From: Nitrosopumilus sp.
GTDB lineage: Archaea > Thermoproteota > Nitrososphaeria > Nitrososphaerales > Nitrosopumilaceae
Direction of reading: 5' to 3'
Assembly (NCBI GenBank): GCA_965207075.1
Contig: CBDBLO010000002.1
Coordinates: 96,001 to 160,000, forward strand
Length of the DNA: 64,000 bases
Shown piece after piece: positions 38,722-49,206 of the stretch. The number at the start of each line of letters is the position of its first letter. The stretch's first letter is position 1. The notes beneath the pieces were generated by a model. It did not search any database. It was not told where the DNA came from and saw only the letters and a list, made by a program, of their open reading frames with translations. A program made the translations under genes and the position numbers.

Positions 38722-39795
38722 TTGGATGTTGAGGATAGAATAAGGCTGATTGCCGCGCCGCCCACCCAGGAGATCGTAACGGAGGACGACCTGAGGACCA
38801 TACTCGAGACGAACGACTCGCCGAGGCACTACATAGGCCTGGAGATCTCAGGATTCCTGCACTTGGGGAGCCTCCTGAGCGTCGGCTACAAGATAAACGA
38901 CTTTGCGAGGGCCGGCGTCAGATGCACCGTGTTTCTGGCCGACTGGCACACCGTAATAAACGACAAACTGGGCGGAAGCTGGGACGCCGTATCAAGGGTT
39001 ACCAGATACTACCGGGACGCGTTCAGGCTGGTCTGCCCCGACGCCGAGATAAGGCTCGGAACCGACCTGTACAACGAAAAGCCCGGGTACTGGCAGGAGC
39101 TGGTCGCGTTCACAAAGCACATGTCCCTTGAGCGCACCAAGAGGGCCCTTACCATAATGGGGCGCTCAGAGGACGAGAAGAACATGGGCCTGGCAAGGCT
39201 CCTATACCCGCCCATGCAGGCAGTCGACATACACTCCCTTGACGTGGACATCGCGCATGCGGGGATGGACCAGCGCAGGATACACATGCTGGTAAGGGAG
39301 ATATTTCCAAAGATGGGGTGGAAGGTCCCCGTCGCCGTCCACCACGGGCTGCTGCCGGGACTCTCAAGGCCTGCCAGCAGCGGCGGCGGCGGCGTCGCCG
39401 CAGGCGGGCCGCAGGCGGGCGCCAAGATGAGCAAGTCGGATCCCGACTCCAGCGTCTTCATGCACGACACGGACGAGCAGATACAAAAAAAGATCAAAAA
39501 GGCGTGGTGCGAGGAGGGCGACATAGAGAACAACCCGGTGCTGGCAATCGCAAAGGGCATCGTGTTTCATGACGCGGGCAGGGCCGTTACGGTTGAGCGC
39601 CCGGAAAAATTCGGCGGAAACGTCTCGTACGACAGCTACGAGTCGCTAGAGTCGGCGTTTGGCTCCCGCAGCCTGCATCCGGCCGACCTGAAGCGCGCCA
39701 TAGGCGATGAGCTTGCAAAAATCGTGGCCCCGATAAGGGACAGGCTTACGCTGTCAGACGAGACGGCAGAGGCCATCAGAGGCAGCTCCCAGTGA
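38722..39795 (+). CDS. tyrS: tyrosine--tRNA ligase
   Basis: YIGLEISGFLHLG, LADWH, YPPMQAVD, GMDQRRIH, KMSKS. Confidence 0.96.
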   Translation: MDVEDRIRLIAAPPTQEIVTEDDLRTILETNDSPRHYIGLEISGFLHLGSLLSVGYKINDFARAGVRCTVFLADWHTVINDKLGGSWDAVSRVTRYYRDAFRLVCPDAEIRLGTDLYNEKPGYWQELVAFTKHMSLERTKRALTIMGRSEDEKNMGLARLLYPPMQAVDIHSLDVDIAHAGMDQRRIHMLVREIFPKMGWKVPVAVHHGLLPGLSRPASSGGGGVAAGGPQAGAKMSKSDPDSSVFMHDTDEQIQKKIKKAWCEEGDIENNPVLAIAKGIVFHDAGRAVTVERPEKFGGNVSYDSYESLESAFGSRSLHPADLKRAIGDELAKIVAPIRDRLTLSDETAEAIRGSSQ

Positions 39796-39857
39796 CGCAC
39801 GGCGCGGATGCCGGGGCTGTCTGCCTGCCGGGGCCGGTGCGCCGACGCCCGAGTCGC

Positions 39858-40649
39858 TCATGGCGCCGCGCCGAGCCTGTACTTTGACGTATAGCCGCGG
39901 GGGTTTATCATCAGGTCGCCGTACGTGTACGTAGAAGAGTTTCCCACTATGACCGTGCTTATCATGCCAAGCTTGTCGGAGTGGTCCGGTAGGCTCTGGA
40001 GATCCGTCAGCACCACCGTCTCAGAGTCCCTGAACGCGCCCTTTATTATGGCGACGGGCGTCTCCGGCTTGCGGTGCCGCAGCAGTATCTCACGCGTGTC
40101 CTGCAGCTGGTGTATGCGCCGCTTGCTTGCCGGATTATATATCACGAGGACAAAGTCGCCCATGGCAGCTGCCTCCACCCGCTTTACTATGATCTCCCAC
40201 GGGACCAGCAGGTCCGACATGCTGACCACGGCAAAGTCCGTCATAAGGGGCGAGCCCACTATCGACGCGCAGGAGTTCAGCGCGGATATCCCCGGGACAA
40301 TCTCCACCTCGGGGTCGGCCGCCCCGTCCTTGGCGGAGGGGTTCCAGCCCGACTCGGCAAGCGTCTCGTATATGAGGCCCGCCATCCCGTATATTCCGGG
40401 GTCGCCGCTTGACACGAGCGACACGGTCTTGCCGGACCTTGCAAGGTCGATACACTGCTGGGCCCGCTCGACCTCCTGCGTCATGGCGTACCGGTATACG
40501 GTCTTGCCGTCGATGAGGCCCTTGACCAGGTTGACGTACGTCTCGTATCCGACTATGGTGTCGCTCTGGGCAATGGCCTCCTTTGCGCGAAACGTCATGT
40601 GGTCATGGTGTCCCGGCCCGACGCCGACTATGAACAGCTTGCCTGCCAC
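39858..40649 (-). CDS. cobJ: precorrin-3B C17-methyltransferase (CobJ/CbiH)
   Basis: VGVGPG, SSGDPGIYGMAG, SMSDLLVPW, YNPAS, VIVGNS, PRGY. Confidence 0.95.
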   Translation of the reverse strand: MAGKLFIVGVGPGHHDHMTFRAKEAIAQSDTIVGYETYVNLVKGLIDGKTVYRYAMTQEVERAQQCIDLARSGKTVSLVSSGDPGIYGMAGLIYETLAESGWNPSAKDGAADPEVEIVPGISALNSCASIVGSPLMTDFAVVSMSDLLVPWEIIVKRVEAAAMGDFVLVIYNPASKRRIHQLQDTREILLRHRKPETPVAIIKGAFRDSETVVLTDLQSLPDHSDKLGMISTVIVGNSSTYTYGDLMINPRGYTSKYRLGAAP

Positions 40650-40777
40650 GTAGTGACGCAGGGGCCGGTCGCAATTTATCCGTAGCGGCCGCCCCCGAGG
40701 ATCAAGAGGGTGTTTCCCAGCAGACCCCGTGCGGGCGGCTGCGGCGCCGGCCGGCCGGCGGCATCCGCGCCAATAAT

Positions 40778-42409
40778 TTACTGGAACGGGTCTACGAGGG
40801 GCGCGTTGATCACATAGTAGCTGTTGGTTGGCCGCGCGAGGCCCGCCGTCAGCATCCCCTCGTCCCGGAACGACTCTATGTCGGCCACGTTCTCAAGCAC
40901 GGTAGCGTGGGCAGGATCGTTCCACTCCACGGTATGCACGCGCCACAGGGGCGTGTACGCGGTTCCGTTCTGCCACCCGGGTTCGGCGCCAAATATCGGG
41001 GCCTGGAACCCCAGTGAGCCGGAGCCAGTGACGCCGTTCTCAAAGACGTAGAGATCGGCGGCGGCGGCGTGGTCAACCAAACCTGCATACGCGGGTACGG
41101 ACTCGACCCCTATTATGCCGGCGGGGCGCTCCGGGGTCGCGCCAGTCACTATGTGGTACGTGGTGCGCCCGTCGGGGCCCCAGCCGCGGTGGGCCACGAA
41201 CGTCACGGTCATGTTCTCCGTGTCAATCTCAGTTATCTGGCCGCCGCCGTACGGCATCTGGCCCGAAAAGTCGGCGTCCACGCGCACTGCTGCCTGGTCG
41301 TGTCGCTGGTATTTGCCGCCGTCAGTGTTGCCACCCCCGCCGCCGCTGCTGCCGGTGCTGGTGCCGTCGCCCGGCCACCTGACCTGCGGCATGTTCACTA
41401 TAACCACGTCATCACCAAGGGATACGCGTCCGGCCTCCTCCTCCCTGAGTATGTCGTCGACGCTCTCAAGCGTAATCTCGTTCTGTCCTGGCTTCCACGC
41501 CACCTTTATGACCTCGCTCAGCGCGCTGTACCCCGCCTCGGCAGGCGTTGACGAAAAGACCTCGGTCTGGTACCCGTACAGCCCGTCGCCCTCTATCCCG
41601 TTTGTAAACACGTAGACCTGCTGCAGGACAGATTCCGGCAGCGGGGCGGCAGGCGAGTCGGGCGGCAGGGCCAGAACCGGGGAGTGCTGCACGCGCCACC
41701 CCTGCGCCTCGGAGATCTCCGCCGCGTAGTCGGCGTCCCCCGCGTCGGTTATGATGTACAGCAGCGGGTCGCCCTCGTACATGCCCTCGTGCATCGGTAT
41801 GACCGCGGGAACGCTGGTCCTTGAGAGCGGCAGGTGCGGATCGCCGGGCGGCGTCTCCACTGAGATGGTCTGCATGACCACGGGGGTGGGCTCGCCGCGC
41901 ACCCAGCCGTCCACGCTCACGGTTGCGGCAAACCGGTCCTTCCCGTACAGCGCGACTGCCGCCCCGGTAAACTCGACGGAGGCCGCGCCCGCGCCGGTCC
42001 CAATGACGGAGGCCGCGTACCTGGTCTGCCCGTCCACAGTCCACACGGGAAGCCCGTAGTCTGCGGCGTCCTGGATGTCCTCTGAGGTGATCGCGTGGAG
42101 TATCATCACGTCCACCGGCGCGCTCGACGCAAAGGTCATGGAGCCGTCGTATATGGTGCCGGGGTTGGGCGACAGGACGAACGCGATGTGCCTTTCCCCT
42201 TGCTGCTGCTGTGGCTGCTCAGACACCAAGTCCGCGCCAGGCATGCCGGGATCGGCCGACGACGTGAGGGTCTCTGTAAAGTGCACCTTTTTGCGCGTGT
42301 TGGCGTCTGCAAACTGATCCAGCGCGCCCATCGGGACTGCATACAGCGCGCCGGATATGACGACAGCGGCGACTGCCGCGACGGCGGCAGCTGACAGGAA
42401 CCTCTTCAA
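40778..42409 (-). CDS. secreted hypothetical protein with two repeated thaumarchaeal-type domains
   Basis: Signal/TM segment; repeats Y.F.NG..G.G..G.Q..(V/I)F...P....Y..L and V(V/I)N.P. Start uncertain (42409-42466). Confidence 0.75.
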   Translation of the reverse strand: MKRFLSAAAVAAVAAVVISGALYAVPMGALDQFADANTRKKVHFTETLTSSADPGMPGADLVSEQPQQQQGERHIAFVLSPNPGTIYDGSMTFASSAPVDVMILHAITSEDIQDAADYGLPVWTVDGQTRYAASVIGTGAGAASVEFTGAAVALYGKDRFAATVSVDGWVRGEPTPVVMQTISVETPPGDPHLPLSRTSVPAVIPMHEGMYEGDPLLYIITDAGDADYAAEISEAQGWRVQHSPVLALPPDSPAAPLPESVLQQVYVFTNGIEGDGLYGYQTEVFSSTPAEAGYSALSEVIKVAWKPGQNEITLESVDDILREEEAGRVSLGDDVVIVNMPQVRWPGDGTSTGSSGGGGGNTDGGKYQRHDQAAVRVDADFSGQMPYGGGQITEIDTENMTVTFVAHRGWGPDGRTTYHIVTGATPERPAGIIGVESVPAYAGLVDHAAAADLYVFENGVTGSGSLGFQAPIFGAEPGWQNGTAYTPLWRVHTVEWNDPAHATVLENVADIESFRDEGMLTAGLARPTNSYYVINAPLVDPFQ

Positions 42410-42475
42410 TACCCGCACCAATGCATGTTCCCATAAATGATTTTGGACGTCGGCGGAAAGCCGCATCCGGGGGGG

Positions 42476-43891
42476 TCAGCCTGCCCTTCCAAGCCCGAAC
42501 ATGTCGTGCAGGGCCCGCACGGCGCCGTCCGCGTCCTCGTTGCGCACCACAAATGCAAGATTCAGCTCAGACGACCCCTGGGTTATCATGGCCACGTTGA
42601 TCCCGGCGGTACCCATCGACTCGAAGACCTTGGAGGCCACGCCGACAGTGCCGCGCATCCCGGACCCGATGAGCGCCACGATCGACATGTTGGTGGTGAC
42701 CTCCAGCCTCTTGATTATCTTGCCCAGCAGTTTCAGCTCCAGCGAGCTTACGGCCCTGTCCAGATCCGAGTCCCGGACCACTATGGTAATGCTCGACTCC
42801 GACGGGTTCTGCGATATCATCATCACGTTGATTTCGGCCTCCGCCAGCGTGGCAAATATCCGGGCCGCCGTGCCGGGCGTCCCCACCATGCTCCCCCCCT
42901 GTATGTCCACCAGGCCGCTGTCCCTGATGCGGCTTACGCACTTTACGGTGTTCCTGACCGTGGGCGGCGGCGAGGCGGTGACCAGCGTGCCGGGATCCCC
43001 GGTGTTCCTTGAGCTGCGTATGCGCATCGGAATCTCCCGCGCCAGGACGGGCTCAAACGTGCGCGGGTGTATCTGCTTTGCCTCAAAGAGCGCCATCTCG
43101 ACTGCCTCCACGTACGAGACGTGCCTGAGGGTCCTCGCATCGCGCACGAGGCTCGGATCGGCGGTCAGGAGGCCGTCCACCTCCCCCATGAGCCAGATCT
43201 CGTCGGCCCCTATGCACGAGCCTATTATGGTGGCCGTATAGTCGGAGCCGCCCCTGCCAAGCGTCGTGAACCGGCCGTGCTGGTCGGCGCCCACAAAGCC
43301 GCCCACCACAGGAACCACGCCGTCGGACATGGCGGCGCCGAGGATCTTTGCAACCCGCAGGCGGGTGGTGTCCATCAGCGGCCTCGCCTGGCCGAACTCG
43401 GAGTCGGTCACGATACCGGCCTCCTTGCCGGTAAGCGGTACTGCGCGCACCCCGCGGCGGTCTGATATGGCCCCCGCAACCAGCTTGACTGACAGCCTCT
43501 CCCCGAACGACAGCATGTAGTCCATCATGCCCGGCGTCACCTCGCCGAGCAGCACCATGCCGTCTATGAGCGCCATCAGCTCCGCAGAGTCCGAGTCGAT
43601 GGCGGCAAGCATCCTCTTCTGGACCGATGCCTTTTCCGCCACCCGGACTGCCAGGCGCCTGTGCCTCCTGATCATGCCGGAGGCCAGGCGCTCTGCCGGC
43701 CTCTTGTCGCCCCTCTTGATCGAGTCTGCGATGCTCAGCAGGGTGTCCGTGGTGCCGCCCGTCGCGGAGCACACCACGACAAGCCGGCTGCTCCTCGAGA
43801 GTCCGGCGACGTATGCGGCCATGTTGCGGATGTCCTTTGCAGACGTGATTGACGCCCCGTCGTACTTGAGGACGAGCAGCTGCTCCCGCAT
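42476..43891 (-). CDS. lysC: aspartate kinase
   Basis: VLKYDGAS, VVCSA, SFGERLS, TTLGRGGSDYTA, two ACT domains. Confidence 0.95.
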   Translation of the reverse strand: MREQLLVLKYDGASITSAKDIRNMAAYVAGLSRSSRLVVVCSATGGTTDTLLSIADSIKRGDKRPAERLASGMIRRHRRLAVRVAEKASVQKRMLAAIDSDSAELMALIDGMVLLGEVTPGMMDYMLSFGERLSVKLVAGAISDRRGVRAVPLTGKEAGIVTDSEFGQARPLMDTTRLRVAKILGAAMSDGVVPVVGGFVGADQHGRFTTLGRGGSDYTATIIGSCIGADEIWLMGEVDGLLTADPSLVRDARTLRHVSYVEAVEMALFEAKQIHPRTFEPVLAREIPMRIRSSRNTGDPGTLVTASPPPTVRNTVKCVSRIRDSGLVDIQGGSMVGTPGTAARIFATLAEAEINVMMISQNPSESSITIVVRDSDLDRAVSSLELKLLGKIIKRLEVTTNMSIVALIGSGMRGTVGVASKVFESMGTAGINVAMITQGSSELNLAFVVRNEDADGAVRALHDMFGLGRAG

Positions 43892-43923
43892 GTCACACCG
43901 GCCGGTTGCAGCCTTAAAATGCT

Positions 43924-44709
43924 TTAACCCTCGACCCGCGGGGCCAGGTAAAAGTGGATCCTGCCTATGTTCGCAATCTTGCACTCGAGCCTGAGCGGCT
44001 TTGCAGACGAGAACTCGCACGTCACGCGGGACGTGGCTCCCCCGACGGCCTTTATGACCGGATTGAGGTACTCCAGCGAGTAGGTTCCGGTGCTCTCCGT
44101 CTTGGTCTCCACCTCCTCGATTATGTTATCCGAGGAGTTTGCGTCGTCGCTTCCGGAGTCGCGCGAGCCGGACACCCCAAGCTCTATCGCGACCTCGCCT
44201 GAGTCGCCCTTGCCGGAAAACTCCACTATGTTGCCCGCGACGCGGATCGTCAGGTACTCGGAGACCACCTGCACGTCGCCGAGCACCTTGTCAAACTTTG
44301 TGGTGGGGACCACGATCTTGGTGTCGTACGGTATCTTGGGGAGCGGCGTGTCGGTGGCAGAGCTCTCTATCAGCCGTATCCTGTACTTTTTGTTGCGGCC
44401 GACCGTAACGAGCAGCTTGTTGTCATCGGAGATGCTTATGTCGATGCTGTCCTTCTTGTCGGCCCTCTTTATTATCTTGGAGAACTCGTCGATGCGGACG
44501 CCGAACTTTATGTCGCTGTCGCACTCGTACTTTTCAAAGGCCGAGTTGGGCCACGAGATGTCTATCAGCGCCACGTGGGACGGATCCATGCCCCGGAACG
44601 TGATTCCCTCGGCCGTGGCGTCAAAGGTGGCCTCCTCGACCAGCGTGGATATCGCGGATATGATGGTCTTGAGGTCGTCTGAGCCGCTTGTCTTTGCAGT
44701 AAAAGTCAA
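43924..44709 (-). CDS. pcn: DNA polymerase sliding clamp PCNA
   Basis: MDPSHVALI, YSLEYL, PLRL, FYLAPRVE. Confidence 0.96.
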   Translation of the reverse strand: MTFTAKTSGSDDLKTIISAISTLVEEATFDATAEGITFRGMDPSHVALIDISWPNSAFEKYECDSDIKFGVRIDEFSKIIKRADKKDSIDISISDDNKLLVTVGRNKKYRIRLIESSATDTPLPKIPYDTKIVVPTTKFDKVLGDVQVVSEYLTIRVAGNIVEFSGKGDSGEVAIELGVSGSRDSGSDDANSSDNIIEEVETKTESTGTYSLEYLNPVIKAVGGATSRVTCEFSSAKPLRLECKIANIGRIHFYLAPRVEG

Positions 44710-44829
44710 GGTGACTTGGGCGCCGCAACCCCTTGTTAAAAATCATGCTGCTGGAGCTCGGCGGCGGTGGCAGGGGCGGCAGGGCGCGGGGGATTGCCCG
44801 GGCGGGCGCCCCCGCATCGCGCGGCGCGG

Positions 44830-45171
44830 TCACGAATAGTCGCGCCAGGTGTACTGGCATTTCGTGCAGCGGTAGAACTGCGTGGTGGGCTCGTCGGCGC
44901 TCCGGGTCTGCAGCATCCACCATACGGCCTCGTCGTTTCCGCACTTTTCGCACTCTATCTTGATCGTGGGGCGCGACTCGTCCTCGTCTGAATCATCAAA
45001 GACGTTCAGGCCGCTGACGCCTTGGGCGCCGTCGCCATTGTCTGCGGCAGCGGAGGCGGAGGCCGGATTCACTGGTTCCCCGCCCTGCGCGTTGGTATGC
45101 CCGCATTTCGGGCAGATCAGGCCGTCCGCGCCGCGCCTCATCTTCACCTCGCATGTGGGGCAGAACTTCAA
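44830..45171 (-). CDS. tfs: transcription factor S (TFS/RpoM)
   Basis: MKFCPTC, CPKC, CEKCG, LQTRSADEP, CTKC. Confidence 0.95.
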   Translation of the reverse strand: MKFCPTCEVKMRRGADGLICPKCGHTNAQGGEPVNPASASAAADNGDGAQGVSGLNVFDDSDEDESRPTIKIECEKCGNDEAVWWMLQTRSADEPTTQFYRCTKCQYTWRDYS

Positions 45172-45172
45172 C

Positions 45173-45451
45173 TCATTCGACCTTGACTGTGGAATAAAAG
45201 AGATCCTTGAGGCCCGAGGCCGTCTTTATCGCGGACTCGGCCGCCTTTTGGATCTCGGCCAGCGGCGCCGAGGACGAGCCGACCTTCATCCAGCACTCGT
45301 TCGTGAGCGGATGCTTTACTATGACGCCTGCAAAGCTGGTTCCGGCCGCCTTGAGAAGCTCGTGCTGTATTATGTACAGGATTCCGATATCGGCCTCCGC
45401 GATTGACAGGTTGACCTCCTTGGGCTCCGAGCTTACCACATTGGCCTTCAT
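45173..45451 (-). CDS. rpoL: RNA polymerase subunit L (Rpo11)
   Basis: 92 aa, FAG...HPL motif, directly upstream of tfs and pcn. Confidence 0.85.
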   Translation of the reverse strand: MKANVVSSEPKEVNLSIAEADIGILYIIQHELLKAAGTSFAGVIVKHPLTNECWMKVGSSSAPLAEIQKAAESAIKTASGLKDLFYSTVKVE

Positions 45452-45511
45452 GTGAATGCGCCGCCCCAGTTGCGGATATAAATCAATCCTGCCGCAAAAG
45501 GAGGCTAAAGG

Positions 45512-46807
45512 TCAGCGGCAGATCGTGGCAGACGTATCCGCCACAGGGCGCCAGCCGTATCCGTCGGACTTTGGGTATACCTCATACTGGGTGTACGTGA
45601 GCGGAAAGTCCATGTCCCCGTCCGCGCCGAGCCTGTACTCGCCGAGCGCCCCGTCGCCGACGCTCCTGTCTGAGTGGTGGTGTTCGTGGGTGTCCAGCCC
45701 GGCCGCGACGTCGAGTATGAGTGACCTGACCGTGGACGTGGAGTTTATCGCAAGCTCCTCATCGTTTACGATTACGGTGTCTGCGAGCAGAAAGACCGCG
45801 TCATATGTGTTGTACCCATACGTGGAGTCATCCGTAAATGACTGGATTGGAATCGCGCGGTTTGTGGGATTCGGAACGGCCTCAAACTGTGATGCCACAT
45901 AGCCTACGGATTCCAGAAATTGAGCCACGACGGCGTTGCCTGCAATGGCGCTGCTCTGGGACGTTCCGTCCGCCCCGTACCACTTTACAGCACCAAGCGT
46001 GTCGGACAGTTCCGCGTTGGATGCAATGTGCTCGACTAGGGCGATCGTATCGCCGACAAACGACATCTGCACGACTGCAACCGCGTCTGCCCCGTGCGCG
46101 GAGACAAGTTCGTCGACCTCTGCCGCAGCCTGCGCTGCCACGGCAGGTGCGTTGGTGCCATCTTCATCCATCCGGATGGTGAGCGCCACGTTGCCTGCAT
46201 ATTCTTGGGCTATGGCGTCGCGGATCCCCTCACCCCATATGTCATTCCGGTATATGAGAACTATGTACCCCTTGCCGTCGTCTATGAGGCTCTCTGAGAT
46301 GACGACGGACTGTGCAGAGTCGTCTGGAACGAGCCTAAAGAGGCTGTCGTCTTCAATGGCAAGCTGTACGGCGGTGGAGGCCGGCGAGAGCAGGACGACG
46401 TCGTTGGTGGTGTCGGTATACGCCTTGGCCCTGTCAGCCGTCGAGCTGCACATTGGTCCGATGAAATACCGGAACCCCTCAGACTCCAGCTGCTTTATCG
46501 TGTCTACGACTACCTTGTTTGGGTCGCACGGATCTCCGTCGGTCAGGTCGATCACCCTGCTTGTGATGTAATAGTTTGATGTCGTAATGTCCGACTGCTC
46601 GCGGTTGTATGCCTCTACCGCATAATTGAACGCATCCTTGTGCCCAAAGTCGCTCAAGAGCGCAATCTTGATCTCGCCGTCGACGGTCTGGGCAGAGGTG
46701 TCGTGCACGAACAGGCCGTCCTCGGCCGTCACACCGCCAATGGAAAGAGCCGCCGCAACCGCAACAACTGCGCACAGCGCGGGTGTTGGGATCCCTAGAA
46801 GCTTCAC
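45512..46807 (-). CDS. LivK-like substrate-binding protein, orphan (paralog of 19654-21009)
   Basis: Signal peptide, FIGPMCS, LSPASTA, LFRLVPDDSAQ, WYGADG, YDAVFLLA. Confidence 0.85.
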   Translation of the reverse strand: MKLLGIPTPALCAVVAVAAALSIGGVTAEDGLFVHDTSAQTVDGEIKIALLSDFGHKDAFNYAVEAYNREQSDITTSNYYITSRVIDLTDGDPCDPNKVVVDTIKQLESEGFRYFIGPMCSSTADRAKAYTDTTNDVVLLSPASTAVQLAIEDDSLFRLVPDDSAQSVVISESLIDDGKGYIVLIYRNDIWGEGIRDAIAQEYAGNVALTIRMDEDGTNAPAVAAQAAAEVDELVSAHGADAVAVVQMSFVGDTIALVEHIASNAELSDTLGAVKWYGADGTSQSSAIAGNAVVAQFLESVGYVASQFEAVPNPTNRAIPIQSFTDDSTYGYNTYDAVFLLADTVIVNDEELAINSTSTVRSLILDVAAGLDTHEHHHSDRSVGDGALGEYRLGADGDMDFPLTYTQYEVYPKSDGYGWRPVADTSATICR

Positions 46808-46829
46808 TTTACACTATTCCAATGTGGAG

Positions 46830-46843
46830 TATATAAGTTCACG
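46830..46843 (-). promoter_or_regulatory. BRE-TATA promoter of the substrate-binding protein gene
   Basis: Minus strand CGTGAA-CTTATATA, with the TATA box 23-30 nt upstream of the GTG at 46807. Confidence 0.65.
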
Positions 46844-46852
46844 CTGCCGCCG

Positions 46853-48103
46853 GGCGCTGTCCAACTTTTCACCGCCAAAGTCACGAAAAGCTTAAAGATC
46901 ATGACGCGCCCCGGTGGCAAAGCTTATTGATCATATTGTAATCGCCATGTCAATGGCTTCCAAAAGAAGCAAGAAGGACGACAAGAAAAGACAGGATGCC
47001 CATGTGCGGGCATACAAGGCGGAACGGCGAAGGCAGAAGATCAAGGAGTGCCGCGACTACAAGACGTATGAGAGAAAGCGAAGGGGCGAGGGCAGGGTGA
47101 AGAGGATCAGGATCAAGCAGCTAGCTAAACTGATCCGCGACACCCTGCCAGACGCCACAGATACGAACGTTTCCAGGATCGTGTGCGTCGTAGACATGAC
47201 ATACCGCGGCCACTCGTACCGCAGACACGTCGAGTACCTGGATGAGCATTCAGGCTCCGTAAGCATGTACGGGCTAAAAAGAGTTCCCTCGAAATCCGGC
47301 CTCCACGGCTGGGCAGGGGAGCTTGCAGGCGACATGGAGTTCGTGCTGGGGCTCCTCGCCAGACAGGCCGGGGACGACGCGCGCGGCACCCTGCTGGGCG
47401 ACTCGTCGGGGTTCTCCATAGTGAAATACGAGGACTGGGAGGACGCCAAGCGCGGGATCATATCCCGGCGCGAGTTCGACAAGCTCCACATACTGGTCGC
47501 GCCGCACGGCAGGATCGCGACGTGCGCGGTAACCGCGGGACGGCGGCACGACTCGCCGGTGTTCCGGGAGATGTACGGGCGCATACCGCAGGGAAGCGGC
47601 CGCACCATACTGGACGCCGCGTACCTGTGCAAGGCAAACTGCAGGATGATCGCGCGCAGCGGGCGCAGTCCGGTCATATGCCCAAAGGGGAACTCCCGGG
47701 CAAGGGGGCTGCATCCGATGGGCCAGATGCTGAAGTGGTACGAGAGCGACCGTGACGGGTTTGACAGGGCATACCACCAGCGGAGCCTGGTCGAGACCGC
47801 GTTCTCCGTCATCAAGGAGAGGTTTGGCGCCGTCGCGCGCGCAAAGACGTTCCGCATGAGGCAGCTGCAGCTCGCGCTAAAGTGCGTCTGCTACAATCTC
47901 GTCGCCTGATTCCGCATCCGCCCGCAGGGGGGCAGTGCACCCCCCCAGCGTACGCTGCAGACTGATGCGCCACACGCAACCAAAAACCGGAGACTTGCCG
48001 CCGGACATGCCACAATTGCGGCAGAAACGGACCCGCCCATCGCCTAAAGCCCGCTTAATTGTCCATAAAATTGGGGCGCGGCTTACAAGAGTTGGACAGC
48101 GCC
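46853..48103 (+). mobile_element. complete IS5-family insertion sequence (IS903-like ends), 1251 bp
   Basis: TIR GGCGCTGTCCAACT at both ends; 9-bp TSD CTGCCGCCG at 46844-46852 and 48104-48112. Confidence 0.92.
46914..47909 (+). CDS. DDE transposase
   Basis: GDSSGF, KLHILV, LDAAY, YHQRSLVETAFSVIKERFG (YREK motif). Confidence 0.93.
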   Translation: MAKLIDHIVIAMSMASKRSKKDDKKRQDAHVRAYKAERRRQKIKECRDYKTYERKRRGEGRVKRIRIKQLAKLIRDTLPDATDTNVSRIVCVVDMTYRGHSYRRHVEYLDEHSGSVSMYGLKRVPSKSGLHGWAGELAGDMEFVLGLLARQAGDDARGTLLGDSSGFSIVKYEDWEDAKRGIISRREFDKLHILVAPHGRIATCAVTAGRRHDSPVFREMYGRIPQGSGRTILDAAYLCKANCRMIARSGRSPVICPKGNSRARGLHPMGQMLKWYESDRDGFDRAYHQRSLVETAFSVIKERFGAVARAKTFRMRQLQLALKCVCYNLVA

Positions 48104-48461
48104 CTGCCGCCGGGGCCGAACACATGGCAACGTCCACCACCACCACCACCCCCACGAACCGGCCTGTTTGGGTCGATCTTATCGGATGCTAGGATTCCAG
48201 AATTCGTGCGTGTTGCGCGAGGGAGGGGACGAACGGTTGCCGGACTCGTCTCCCGCCCGCAAAGTCTGAGGATGCGGGATGGCAGACACGAACTTTCAGG
48301 GGGCTTGGGTCCCTGCGGCGCCAAAGGTCATCCCCCTCCTCCACGCACGCCCCGCCGTACTGACCAAGTGATCCTTGCTCAAACGCCAACTATTCCCTAG
48401 CACGGGTGCCATGCGCGCCCGCAACGCACACATAAAGCAGGGACGCGCCCACCGCAGTCGG

Positions 48462-49007
48462 ATGGCAGAAAGCAGGTTCTCGGAGGTAACGCTGACGTCG
48501 CCCAAGGCCGAATACTCCCCCGGCGAGAACGTCGAGATAACGGCAGAGTTCTCCATACAGGGAGGGATCAGGAACGCCTTCAACGAGGACGACTGGACCA
48601 AGGCCTACGAGGCAAACGACGTCTCATTCAAGCTCAAGTACGGCGCAAGGCTGGTCACGGCAGGCGGCTTTAGAAAGAAGGCGGTGGGAAGGCCCGTCGA
48701 CACCTACCGCAAGGCATCCATATTCTGGACCAGAAACCCAAAGCTGGTCAACCCCATGAAGGACAAGCGCATATGGGTCCAAGTGGCAAAGAACTTCGAG
48801 CCGTACATCAGGCTGTCGGAGGATGAGGTCCGGGGCGAGCTGTTCGACTTTGCAGAGACGTTCGTCATAAAGCCGTCGGAGCTGGGAGGCGGGGGCACTC
48901 ACAGGATAGGCGCCGAGGTGTACGCGTCGTGGCAAAAGCACCAGTATGCCGAGGCAGGCAGCATAAAGAACGACTCGGACGGAATCGAGATTACGATTCT
49001 CAATTAG
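48462..49007 (+). CDS. hypothetical protein
   Basis: Clean ORF with host-like codon usage, YRKASIFWTRNPKLVNPM, TATA-like CATAAAG upstream. Confidence 0.75.
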   Translation: MAESRFSEVTLTSPKAEYSPGENVEITAEFSIQGGIRNAFNEDDWTKAYEANDVSFKLKYGARLVTAGGFRKKAVGRPVDTYRKASIFWTRNPKLVNPMKDKRIWVQVAKNFEPYIRLSEDEVRGELFDFAETFVIKPSELGGGGTHRIGAEVYASWQKHQYAEAGSIKNDSDGIEITILN

Positions 49008-49038
49008 GGATATAAGGAACTCTGCAGGAGCGTGACGC

Positions 49039-49191
49039 ATGGCAAAGTACGACGGACTGCTGGGACAGCCCGTGCTAGAGGTCGAAGAGCCCGACAAGGA
49101 GGGCGGAATCACGTTCATCTTCAAGGACAACAGGTTCCTCTTCATAAAGGCAAGGGACGGCAAGATAGACACGATCTCGATACCGGAGTGA
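49039..49191 (+). CDS. 50-aa hypothetical protein (absent from the ORF track)
   Basis: MAKYDGLLGQPVLEVEEPDKEGGITFIFKDNRFLFIKARDGKIDTISIPE*; ATATAAG box upstream. Confidence 0.75.
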   Translation: MAKYDGLLGQPVLEVEEPDKEGGITFIFKDNRFLFIKARDGKIDTISIPE

Positions 49192-49206
49192 CGCGGAGGC
49201 CGTACA

